64,000 bases of DNA, taken from NCBI GenBank assembly GCA_964057225.1, contig OZ059898.1, positions 3,596,001 to 3,660,000 on the forward strand, in the 5' to 3' direction. Source of the DNA: Auanema rhodensis. Its lineage: Eukaryota; Animalia; Nematoda. This document shows, piece by piece, positions 1 through 12,559 of this stretch. The first letter of the stretch is position 1; each line of letters starts with the position of its first letter. The notes beneath the pieces were generated by a model that saw only the letters and a program-made list of their open reading frames with translations, made no database searches and had not been told where the DNA came from. The position numbers and the translations under genes are program-made.

Positions 1-45
1 TTGAAATTTTTCGAAAAAATTTTTGTCAAAATGTTTTTGGAAGCA

Positions 46-73
46 ATGTTGAGTGTACATGGAAACTCAACAT
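46..73. repeat. Intra-monomer 9-bp inverted repeat with 10-nt loop
   Basis: atgttgagt-gtacatggaa-actcaacat. Confidence 0.88.
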
Positions 74-156
74 ACACTAATGCATCATTTTTCAAACGAT
101 CATAACTAATTTTTGTATCAAGCGTTTCTAAATGTAGTATAGTGCATTCGATGCGG

Positions 157-207
157 ATTTTTAAGCTGCGTCGATCTGTGTTATCAGATTTGCGCTAGCT
201 TAAAAAT
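157..207. repeat. Intra-monomer inverted repeat, 11-bp perfect outer arms plus inner stem (recurs in each monomer)
   Basis: atttttaagct(157-167)/agcttaaaaat(197-207); gcg/cgc; atctg(174-178)/cagat(185-189) around loop tgttat. Confidence 0.9.
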
Positions 208-224
208 GCACCCAGATATCAACT

Positions 225-246
225 GATATAAGTTCACACTTATATC
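225..246. repeat. Intra-monomer perfect 9-bp inverted repeat with 4-nt loop
   Basis: gatataagt-tcac-acttatatc. Confidence 0.9.
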
Positions 247-3200
247 CTCGATTTTCACCCTGAAGAAATGATTTTTTCGTTGAATAACATTGTCCATCGT
301 CTCTGCCTTGAAAAAAGAAATCTAAAAACATCTACGTTTCGCTAAATTATTTTGAAATTTTTCGAAAACATTTTTGTCAAAATGTTTTTGGAAGCAATAT
401 TGAGTGTACATGGAAACTCAACATACACTAATGCATCATTTTTCAAACGATTATAACTAATTTTTGTATTAAGCGTTTTTCAATGTAGTATAGTGCATTC
501 GATGCGGATTTTTAAGCTGCGTCGATCTGTGTTATCAGATTTGCGCTAGCTTAAAAATGCGCCGAGATATCAACTGATATAAGTTCACACTTATATCCTC
601 GATTTTCACCCTGAAGAATTAATTTTTTCGTTGAATAACATTGTCCATCGTCTTCGCCTTGAAAAAAGGAATCTAAAAACATCTACTTTTTGCTAAATTA
701 TTTTGAAATTTTTCGAAAAAATTTTTGTCAAAATGTTTTTGGAAGCAATGTTGAGTGTACATGGAAACTCAACATACACTAATGCATCATTTTTCAAACG
801 ATCATAACTAATTTTTGTATTAAGCGTTTCTCAATGTAGTATAGTGCATTGGATGCGGATTTTTAAGCTGCGTCGATCTGTGTTATTAGATTTGCGCTAG
901 CTTAAAAATGCGCCGAGATATCAACTGATATAAGTTCACACTTATATCCTCGATTTTCACCCTGAAGAATTAATTTTTTCGTTGAATAACATTGTCCATC
1001 GTCTTCGCCTTGAAAAAAGGAATCTAAAAACATCTACTTTTTGCTAAATTATTTTGAAATTTTTCGAAAAAATTTTTGTCAAAATGTTTTTGGAAGCAAT
1101 GTTGAGTGTACATGGAAACTCAACATACACTAATGCATCATTTTTCAAACGATCATAACTAATTTTTGTATTAAGCGTTTCTCAATGTAGTATAGTGCAT
1201 TGGATGCGGATTTTTAAGCTGCGTCGATCTGTGTTATTAGATTTGCGCTAGCTTAAAAATGCACCCAGATATCAACTGATATAAGTTCACACTTATATCC
1301 TCGATTTTCACCCTGAAGAAATGATTTTTTCGTTGAATAACATTGTCCATCGTCTCTGCCTTGAAAAAAGAAATCTAAAAACATCTACGTTTCGCTAAAT
1401 TATTTTGAAATTTTTCGAAAACATTTTTGTCAAAATGTTTTTGGAAGCAATATTGAGTGTACATGGAAACTCAACATACACTAATGCATCATTTTTCAAA
1501 CGATTATAACTAATTTTTGTATTAAGCGTTTTTCAATGTAGTATAGTGCATTCGATGCGGATTTTTAAGCTGCGTCGATCTGTGTTATCAGATTTGCGCT
1601 AGCTTAAAAATGCGCCGAGATATCAACTGATATAAGTTCACACTTATATCCTCGATTTTCACCCTGAAGAATTAATTTTTTCGTTGAATAACATTGTCCA
1701 TCGTCTTCGCCTTGAAAAAAGGAATCTAAAAACATCTACTTTTTGCTAAATTATTTTGAAATTTTTCGAAAAAATTTTTGTCAAAATGTTTTTGGAAGCA
1801 ATGTTGAGTGTACATGGAAACTCAACATACACTAATGCATCATTTTTCAAACGATCATAACTAATTTTTGTATTAAGCGTTTCTCAATGTAGTATAGTGC
1901 ATTGGATGCGGATTTTTAAGCTGCGTCGATCTGTGTTATTAGATTTGCGCTAGCTTAAAAATGCGCCGAGATATCAACTGATATAAGTTCACACTTATAT
2001 CCTCGATTTTCACCCTGAAGAATTAATTTTTTCGTTGAATAACATTGTCCATCGTCTTTGCCTTAAAAAAAGGAATCTAAAAACATCTACTTTTTGCTAA
2101 ATTATTTTGAAATTTTTCGAAAAAATTTTTGTCAAAATGTTTTTGGAAGCAATATTGAGTGTACATGGAAACTCAACATACACTAATGCATCATTTTTCA
2201 AACGATCATAACTAATTTTTGTATTAAGCGTTTCTCAATGTACTATAGTGCATTCGATGCGGATTTTTAAGCTGCGTCGATCTGTGTTATCAGATTTGCG
2301 CTATCTTAAAAATGCACCGAGATATCAACTGATATAAGTTCACACTTATATCCTCGATTTTCACCCTGAAGAATTAATTTTTTCGTTGAATAACATTGTC
2401 CATCGTCTTTGCCTTAAAAAAAGGAATCTAAAAACATCTACTTTTTGCTAAATTATTTTGAAATTTTTCGAAAAAATTTTTGTCAAAATGTTTTTGGAAG
2501 CAATATTGAGTGTACATGGAAACTCAACATACACTAATGCATCATTTTTCAAACGATCATAACTAATTTTTGTATTAAGCGTTTCTCAATGTACTATAGT
2601 GCATTCGATGCGGATTTTTAAGCTGCGTCGATCTGTGTTATCAGATTTGCGCTATCTTAAAAATGCACCGAGATATCAACTGATATAAGTTCACACTTAT
2701 ATCCTCGATTTTCACCCTGAAGAATTAATTTTTTCGTTGAATAACATTGTCCATCGTCTTTGCCTTGAAAAAAGGAATCTAAAAACATCTACTTTTTGCT
2801 AAATTATTTTGAAATTTTTCGAAAAAATTTTTGTCAAAATGTTTTTGGAAGCAATGTTGAGTGTACATGGAAACTCAACATACACTAATGCATCATTTTT
2901 CAAACGATCATAACTAATTTTTGTATCAAGCGTTTCTAAATGTAGTATAGTGCATTCGATGCGGATTTTTAAGCTGCGTCGATCTGTGTTATCAGATTTG
3001 CGCTAGCTTAAAAATGCACCGAGATATCAACTGATATAAGTTCACACTTATATCCTCGATTTTCACCCTGAAGAATTAATTTTTTCGTTGAATAACATTG
3101 TCCATCGTCTTCGCCTTGAAAAAAGGAATCTAAAAACATCTACTTTTTGCTAAATTATTTCGAAATTTTTCGAAAAAATTTTTGTCAAAATGTTTTTGGA

Positions 3201-4489
3201 AGCAATGTTGAGTGTACATGGAAACTCAACATACACTAATGCATCATTTTTCAAACGATCATAACTAATTTTTGTATTAAGCGTTTCTCAATGTAGTATA
3301 GTGCATTGGATGCGGATTTTTAAGCTGCGTCGATCTGTGTTATTAGATTTGCGCTAGCTTAAAAATGCGCCGAGATATCAACTGATATAAGTTCACACTT
3401 ATATCCTCGATTTTCACCCTGAAGAATTAGTTTTTTCGTTGAATAACATTGTCCATCGTCTTTGCCTTAAAAAAAGGAATCTAAAAACATCTACTTTTTG
3501 CTAAATTATTTTGAAATTTTTCGAAAAAATTTTTGTCAAAATGTTTTTGGAAGCAATATTGAGTGTACATGGAAACTCAACATACACTAATGCATCATTT
3601 TTCAAACGATCATAACTAATTTTTGTATTAAGCGTTTCTCAATGTACTATAGTGCATTCGATGCGGATTTTTAAGCTGCGTCGATCTGTGTTATCAGAAT
3701 TGCGCTATCTTAAAAATGCACCGAGATATCAACTGATATAAGTTCACACTTATATCCTCGATTTTCACCCTGAAGAATTAATTTTTTCGTTGAATAACAT
3801 TGTCCATCGTCTTTGCCTTGAAAAAAGGAATCTAAAAACATCTACTTTTTGCTAAATTATTTTGAAATTTTTCGAAAAAATTTTTGTCAAAATGTTTTTG
3901 GAAGCAATGTTGAGTGTACATGGAAACTCAACATACACTAATGCATCATTTTTCAAACGATCATAACTAATTTTTGTATCAAGCGTTTCTAAATGTAGTA
4001 TAGTGCATTCGATGCGGATTTTTAAGCTGCGTCGATCTGTGTTATCAGATTTGCGCTAGCTTAAAAATGCACCGAGATATCAACTGATATAAGTTCACAC
4101 TTATATCCTCGATTTTCACCCTGAAGAATTAATTTTTTCGTTGAATAACATTGTCCATCGTCTTCGCCTTGAAAAAAGGAATCTAAAAACATCTACTTTT
4201 TGCTAAATTATTTCGAAATTTTTCGAAAAAATTTTTGTCAAAATGTTTTTGGAAGCAATGTTGAGTGTACATGGAAACTCAACATACACTAATGCATCAT
4301 TTTTCAAACGATCATAACTAATTTTTGTATTAAGCGTTTCTCAATGTAGTATAGTGCATTGGATGCGGATTTTTAAGCTGCGTCGATCTGTGTTATTAGA
4401 TTTGCGCTAGCTTAAAAATGCGCCGAGATATCAACTGATATAAGTTCACACTTATATCCTCGATTTTCACCCTGAAGAATTAATTTTTT

Positions 4490-7400
4490 CGTTGAATAAC
4501 ATTGTCCATCGTCTTTGCCTTAAAAAAAGGAATCTAAAAACATCTACTTTTTGCTAAATTATTTTGAAATTTTTCGAAAAAATTTTTGTCAAAATGTTTT
4601 TGGAAGCAATATTGAGTGTACATGGAAACTCAACATACACTAATGCATCATTTTTCAAACGATCATACCTAATTTTTGTATTAAGCGTTTCTCAATGTAC
4701 TATAGTGCATTCGATGCGGATTTTTAAGCTGCGTCGATCTGTGTTATCAGATTTGCGCTAGCTTAAAAATGCACCGAGATATCAACTGATATAAGTTCAC
4801 ACTTATATCCTCGATTTTCACCCTGAAGAATTAATTTTTTCGTTGAATAACATTGTCTATCGTCTTTGCCTTGAAAAATGGAATCTAAAAACATCTACTT
4901 TTTGCTAAATTATTTTGAAATTTTTCGAAAAAATTTTTGTCAAAATGTTTTTGGAAGCAATGTTGAGTGTACATGGAAACTCAACATACACTAATGCATC
5001 ATTTTTCAAACGATCATAACTAATTTTTGTATTAAGCGTTTCTCAATGTAGTATAGTGCATTGGATGCGGATTTTTAAGCTGCGTCGATCTGTGTTATTA
5101 GATTTGCGCTAGCTTAAAAATGCGCCGAGATATCAACTGATATAAGTTCACACTTATATCCTCGATTTTCACCCTGAAGAATTAATTTTTTCGTTGAATA
5201 ACATTGTCCATCGTCTTTGCCTTAAAAAAAGGAATCTAAAAACATCTACTTTTTGCTAAATTATTTTGAAATTTTTCGAAAAAATTTTTGTCAAAATGTT
5301 TTTGGAAGCAATATTGAGTGTACATGGAAACTCAACATACACTAATGCATCATTTTTCAAACGATCATAACTAATTTTTGTATTAAGCGTTTCTCAATGT
5401 ACTATAGTGCATTCGATGCGGATTTTTAAGCTGCGTCGATCTGTGTTATCAGATTTGCGCTAGCTTAAAAATGCACCGAGATATCAACTGATATAAGTTC
5501 ACACTTATATCCTCGATTTTCACCCTGAAGAATTAATTTTTTCGTTGAATAACATTGTCCATCGTCTTTGCCTTAAGAAAAGGAATCTAAAAACATCTAC
5601 TTTTTGCTGAATTATTTTGAAATTTTTCGAAAAAATTTTTGTCAAAATGTTTTTGGAAGCAATGTTGAGTGTACATGGAAACTCAACATACACTAATGCA
5701 TCATTTTTCAAACGATCATAACTAATTTTTGTATTAAGCGTTTCTAAATGTAGTATAGTGCATTCGATGCGGATTTTTAAGCTGCGTCGATCTGTGTTAT
5801 CAGATTTGCGCTAGCTTAAAAATGCACCCAGATATCAACTGATATAAGTTCACACTTATATCCTCGATTTTCACCCTGAAGAATTAATTTTTTCGTTGAA
5901 TAACATTGTCCATCGTCTTTGCCTTAAGAAAAGGAATCTAAAAACATCTACTTTTTGCTGAATTATTTTGAAATTTTTCGAAAAAATTTTTGTCAAAATG
6001 TTTTTGGAAGCAATATTGAGTGTACATGGAAACTCAACATACACTAATGCATCATTTTTCAAACGATCATAACTAATTTTTGTATTAAGCGTTTCTCAAT
6101 GTAGTATAGTGCATTCGATGCGGATTTTTAAGCTGCGTCGATCTGTGTTATCAGATTTGCGCTAGCTTAAAAATGCACCCAGATATCAACTGATATAAGT
6201 TCACACTTATATCCTCGATTTTCACCCTGAAGAAATGATTTTTTCGTTGAATAACATTGTCCATCGTCTTTGCCTTAAGAAAAGAAATCTAAAAACATCT
6301 ACGTTTCGCTAAATTATTTTGAAATTTTTCGAAAACATTTTTGTCAAAATGTTTTTGGAAGCAATATTGAGTGTACATGGAAACTCAACATACACTAATG
6401 CATCATTTTTCAAACGATCATAACTAATTTTTGTATTAAGCGTTTCTCAATGTAGTATAGTGCATTCGATGCGGATTTTTAAGCTGCGTCGATCTGTGTT
6501 ATCAGATTTGCGCTAGCTTAAAAATGCACCCAGATATCAACTGATATAAGTTCACACTTATATCCTCGATTTTCACCCTGAAGAATTAATTTTTTCGTTG
6601 AATAACATTGTCCATCGTCTTTGCCTTAAGAAAAGGAATCTAAAAACATCTACTTTTTGCTGAATTATTTTGAAATTTTTCGAAAAAATTTTTGTCAAAA
6701 TGTTTTTGGAAGCAATATTGAGTGTACATGGAAACTCAACATACACTAATGCATCATTTTTCAAACGATCATAACTAATTTTTGTATTAAGCGTTTCTCA
6801 ATGTAGTATAGTGCATTCGATGCGGATTTTTAAGCTGCGTCGATCTGTGTTATCAGATTTGCGCTAGCTTAAAAATGCACCCAGATATCAACTGATATAA
6901 GTTCACACTTATATCCTCGATTTTCACCCTGAAGAAATGATTTTTTCGTTGAATAACATTGTCCATCGTCTTTGCCTTGAAAAAAGAAATCTAAAAACAT
7001 CTACGTTTCGCTAAATTATTTTGAAATTTTTCGAAAACATTTTTGTCAAAATGTTTTTGGAAGCAATATTGAGTGTACATGGAAACTCAACATACACTAA
7101 TGCATCATTTTTCAAACGATCATAACTAATTTTTGTATTAAGCGTTTCTCAATGTAGTATAGTGCATTCGATGCGGATTTTTAAGCTGCGTCGATCTGTG
7201 TGATCAGATTTGCGCTAGCTTAAAAATGCACCGAGATATCAACTGATATAAGTTCACACTTGTATCCTCGATTTTCACCCTAAAGAATTAATTTTTTCGT
7301 TGAATAACATTGTCTATCGTCTTTGCCTTGAAAAATGGAATCTAAAAACATCTACTTTTTGCTAAAATCTTTTGAAATTTTTCGAAAAAATTTTTGTCAA

Positions 7401-8970
7401 AATGTTTTTGGAAGCAATGTTGAGTGTACATGGAAACTCAACATACACTAATGCATCATTTTTCAAACGATCATAACTAATTTATGTATTAAGCGTTTCT
7501 CAATGTAGTATAGTGCATTCGATGCGGATTTTTAAGCTGCGTCGATCTGTGTTATCAGATTTGCGCTAGCTTAAAAATGCACCCAGATATCAACTGATAT
7601 AAGTTCACACTTATATCCTCGATTTTCACCCTGAAGAAATGATTTTTTCGTTGAATAACATTGTTCATCGTCTTTGCCTTGAAAGAAGAAATCTAAAAAC
7701 ATCTACGTTTTGCTAAATTATTTTGAAATTTTTCGAAAACATTTTTGTCAAAATGTTTTTGGAAGTAATATTGAGTGTACATGGAAACTCAACATACACT
7801 AATGCATCATTTTTCAAACGATCATAACTAATTTTTGTATTAAGCGTTTCTCAATGTAGTATAGTGCATTCGATGCGGATTTTTAAGCTGCGTCGATCTG
7901 TGTTATCAGATTTGCGCTAGCTTAAAAATGCACCGAGATATCAACTGATATAAGTTCACACTTATATCCTCGATTTTCACCCTGAAGAATTAAGTTTTTC
8001 GTTGAATAACATTGTCTATCGTCTTTGCCTTGAAAAATGGAATCTAAAAACATCTACTTTTTGCTAAATTATTTTGAAATTTTTCGAAAAAATTTTTGTC
8101 AAAATGTTTTTGGAAGCAATGTTGAGTGTACATGGAAACTCAACATACACTAATGCATCATTTTTCAAACGATCATAACTAATTTTTGTATTAAGCGTTT
8201 CTCAATGTAGTATAGTGCATTCGATGCGGATTTTTAAGCTGCGTCGATCTGTGTTATCAGATTTGCGCTAGCTTAAAAATGCACCGAGATATCAACTGAT
8301 ATAAGTTCACACTTATATCCTCGATTTTCACCCTGAAGAATTAAGTTTTTCGTTGAATAACATTGTCTATCGTCTTTGCCTTGAAAAATGGAATCTAAAA
8401 ACATCTACTTTTTGCTAAATTATTTTGAAATTTCTCGAAAAAATTTTTGTCAAAATGTTTTTGGAAGCAATGTTGAGTGTACATGGAAACTCAACATACA
8501 CTAATGCATCATTTTTCGAACGATCATAACTAATTTTTGTATTAAGCGTTTCTCAATGTAGTATAGTGCATTCGATGCGGATTTTTAAGCTGCGTCGATC
8601 TGTGTGATCAGATTTGCGCTAGCTTAAAAATGCACCGAGATATCAACTGATATAAGTTCACACTTATATCCTCGATTTTCACCCTAAAGAATTAATTTTT
8701 TCGTTGAATGACATTGTCTATCGTCTTTGCCTTGAAAAATGGAATCTAAAAACATCTACTTTTTGCTAAAATCTTTTGAAATTTTTCGAAAAAATTTTTG
8801 TCAAAATGTTTTTGGAAGCAATGTTGAGTGTACATGGAAACTCAACATACACTAATGCATCATTTTTCAAACGATCATAACTAATTTTTGTATCAAGCGT
8901 TTCTCAATGTAGTATAGTGCATTCGATGCGGATTTTTAAGCTGCGTCGATCTGTGTTATCAGATTTGCGC
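4490..8970. repeat. Segmental duplication I, copy 1 (~13 monomers)
   Basis: The rare-variant order recurs at +8073 (ORFs 4564/5520/5871/6573 vs 12637/13593/13944/14646) and then at +8424 (cttgtatc 7262 vs 15686; tttctcga 8434 vs 16858; gaatgac 8710 vs 17134). Confidence 0.85.
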
Positions 8971-11900
8971 TATCTTAAAAATGCACCGAGATATCAACTG
9001 ATATAAGTTCACACTTATATCCTCGATTTTCACCCTGAAGAATTAATTTTTTCGTTGAATAACATTGTCCATCGTCTTTGCCTTGAAAAAAGGAATCTAA
9101 AAACATCTACTTTTTGCTAAATTATTTTGAAATTTTTCGAAAAAATTTTTGTCAAAATGTTTTTGGAAGCAATGTTGAGTGTACATGGAAACTCAACATA
9201 CACTAATGCATCATTTTTCAAACGATCATAACTAATTTTTGTATCAAGCGTTTCTAAATGTAGTATAGTGCATTCGATGCGGATTTTTAAGCTGCGTCGA
9301 TCTGTGTTATCAGATTTGCGCTAGCTTAAAAATGCACCGAGATATCAACTGATATAAGTTCACACTTATATCCTCGATTTTCACCCTGAAGAATTAATTT
9401 TTTCGTTGAATAACATTGTCCATCGTCTTCGCCTTGAAAAAAGGAATCTAAAAACATCTACTTTTTGCTAAATTATTTTGAAATTTTTCGAAAAAATTTT
9501 TGTCAAAATGTTTTTGGAAGCAATGTTGAGTGTACATGGAAACTCAACATACACTAATGCATCATTTTTCAAACGATCATAACTAATTTTTGTATTAAGC
9601 GTTTCTCAATGTAGTATAGTGCATTGGATGCGGATTTTTAAGCTGCGTCGATCTGTGTTATTAGATTTGCGCTAGCTTAAAAATGCGCCGAGATATCAAC
9701 TGATATAAGTTCACACTTATATCCTCGATTTTCACCCTGAAGAATTAATTTTTTCGTTGAATAACATTGTCCATCGTCTTTGCCTTAAAAAAAGGAATCT
9801 AAAAACATCTACTTTTTGCTAAATTATTTTGAAATTTTTCGAAAAAATTTTTGTCAAAATGTTTTTGGAAGCAATATTGAGTGTACATGGAAACTCAACA
9901 TACACTAATGCATCATTTTTCAAACGATCATAACTAATTTTTGTATTAAGCGTTTCTCAATGTACTATAGTGCATTCGATGCGGATTTTTAAGCTGCGTC
10001 GATCTGTGTTATCAGATTTGCGCTAGCTTAAAAATGCACCGAGATATCAACTGATATAAGTTCACACTTATATCTTCGATTTTCACCCTGAAGAATTAAT
10101 TTTTTCGTTGAATAACATTGTCCATCGTCTTTGCCTTGAAAAAAGGAATCTAAAAACATCTACTTTTTGCTAAATTATTTTGAATTTTTTCGAAAAAATT
10201 TTTGTCAAAATGTTTTTGGAAGCAATGTTGAGTGTACATGGAAACTCAACATACACTAATGCATCATTTTTCAAACGATCATAACTAATTTTTGTATCAA
10301 GCGTTTCTAAATGTAGTATAGTGCATTCGATGCGGATTTTTAAGCTGCGTCGATCTGTGTTATCAGATTTGCGCTAGCTTAAAAATGCACCCAGATATCA
10401 ACTGATATAAGTTCACACTTATATCCTCGATTTTCACCCTGAAGAAATGATTTTTTCGTTGAATAACATTGTCCATCGTCTTTGCCTTGAAAAAAGAAAT
10501 CTAAAAACATCTACGTTTCGCTAAATTATTTTGAAATTTTTCGAAAACATTTTTGTCAAAATGTTTTTGGAAGCAATATTGAGTGTACATGGAAACTCAA
10601 CATACACTAATGCATCATTTTTCAAACGATTATAACTAATTTTTGTATTAAGCGTTTTTCAATGTAGTATAGTGCATTCGATGCGGATTTTTAAGCTGCG
10701 TCGATCTGTGTTATCAGATTTGCGCTAGCTTAAAAATGCACCGAGATATCAACTGATATAAGTTCACACTTATATCCTCGATTTTCACCCTGAAGAATTA
10801 ATTTTTTCGTTGAATAACATTGTCCATCGTCTTTGCCTTGAAAAAAGGAATCTAAAAACATCTACTTTTTGCTAAATTATTTTGAAATTTTTCGAAAAAA
10901 TTTTTGTCAAAATGTTTTTGGAAGCAATGTTGAGTGTACATGGAAACTCAACATACACTAATGCATCATTTTTCAAACGATCATAACTAATTTTTGTATT
11001 AAGCGTTTCTCAATGTAGTATAGTGCATTGGATGCGGATTTTTAAGCTGCGTCGATCTGTGTTATTAGATTTGCGCTAGCTTAAAAATGCGCCGAGATAT
11101 CAACTGATATAAGTTCACACTTATATCCTCGATTTTCACCCTGAAGAATTAATTTTTTCGTTGAATAACATTGTCCATCGTCTTTGCCTTAAAAAAAGGA
11201 ATCTAAAAACATCTACTTTTTGCTAAATTATTTTGAAATTTTTCGAAAAAATTTTTGTCAAAATGTTTTTGGAAGCAATATTGAGTGTACATGGAAACTC
11301 AACATACACTAATGCATCATTTTTCAAACGATCATAACTAATTTTTGTATTAAGCGTTTCTCAATGTACTATAGTGCATTCGATGCGGATTTTTAAGCTG
11401 CGTCGATCTGTGTTATCAGATTTGCGCTATCTTAAAAATGCACCGAGATATCAACTGATATAAGTTCACACTTATATCCTCGATTTTCACCCTGAAGAAT
11501 TAATTTTTTCGTTGAATAACATTGTCCATCGTCTTTGCCTTGAAAAAAGGAATCTAAAAACATCTACTTTTTGCTAAATTATTTTGAAATTTTTCGAAAA
11601 AATTTTTGTCAAAATGTTTTTGGAAGCAATGTTGAGTGTACATGGAAACTCAACATACACTAATGCATCATTTTTCAAACGATCATAACTAATTTTTGTA
11701 TCAAGCGTTTCTAAATGTAGTATAGTGCATTCGATGCGGATTTTTAAGCTGCGTCGATCTGTGTTATCAGATTTGCGCTAGCTTAAAAATGCACCCAGAT
11801 ATCAACTGATATAAGTTCACACTTATATCCTCGATTTTCACCCTGAAGAAATGATTTTTTCGTTGAATAACATTGTCCATCGTCTTTGCCTTGAAAAAAG

Positions 11901-12559
11901 AAATCTAAAAACATCTACGTTTCGCTAAATTATTTTGAAATTTTTCGAAAACATTTTTGTCAAAATGTTTTTGGAAGCAATATTGAGTGTACATGGAAAC
12001 TCAACATACACTAATGCATCATTTTTCAAACGATTATAACTAATTTTTGTATTAAGCGTTTTTCAATGTAGTATAGTGCATTCTATGCGGATTTTTAAGC
12101 TGCGTCGATCTGTGTTATCAGATTTGCGCTAGCTTAAAAATGCACCGAGATATCAACTGATATAAGTTCACACTTATATCCTCGATTTTCACCCTGAAGA
12201 ATTAAGTTTTTCGTTGAATAACATTGTCCATCGTCTTTGCCTTAAAAAAAGGAATCTAAAAACATCTACTTTTTGCTAAATTATTTTGAAATTTTTCGAA
12301 AAAATTTTTGTCAAAATGTTTTTGGAAGCAATATTGAGTGTACATGGAAACTCAACATACACTAATGCATCATTTTTCAAACGATCATACCTAATTTTTG
12401 TATTAAGCGTTTCTCAATGTACTATAGTGCATTCGATGCGGATTTTTAAGCTGCGTCGATCTGTGTTATCAGATTTGCGCTAGCTTAAAAATGCACCGAG
12501 ATATCAACTGATATAAGTTCACACTTATATCCTCGATTTTCACCCTGAAGAATTAAGTT

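Larger units (their letters stand above)
1..351 (+). repeat. Reference monomer (phase arbitrary; monomer positions quoted elsewhere use this numbering)
   Basis: First full period; 113/351 G+C by hand count; many A/T tracts of 4-6 nt. Confidence 0.97.

Noticed and set aside
225-256. Rho-independent terminator or Helitron 3' end at the 225-246 hairpin
   Set aside because: The stem is AT-rich, with no adjacent U-tract and no CTRR at the expected distance, and there is no gene context.
1-351. Monomer as an ancient dimer of ~175-bp subunits
   Set aside because: No visible similarity between the halves by eye; a profile self-alignment would be needed.
1-351. Assignment to a known family (Drosophila 359-bp/1.688, Tribolium ~360-bp, rDNA IGS, 5S or tRNA arrays)
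   Set aside because: Only size and AT content are similar. I recognise no diagnostic sequence and no Pol III gene structure; a database search is needed.
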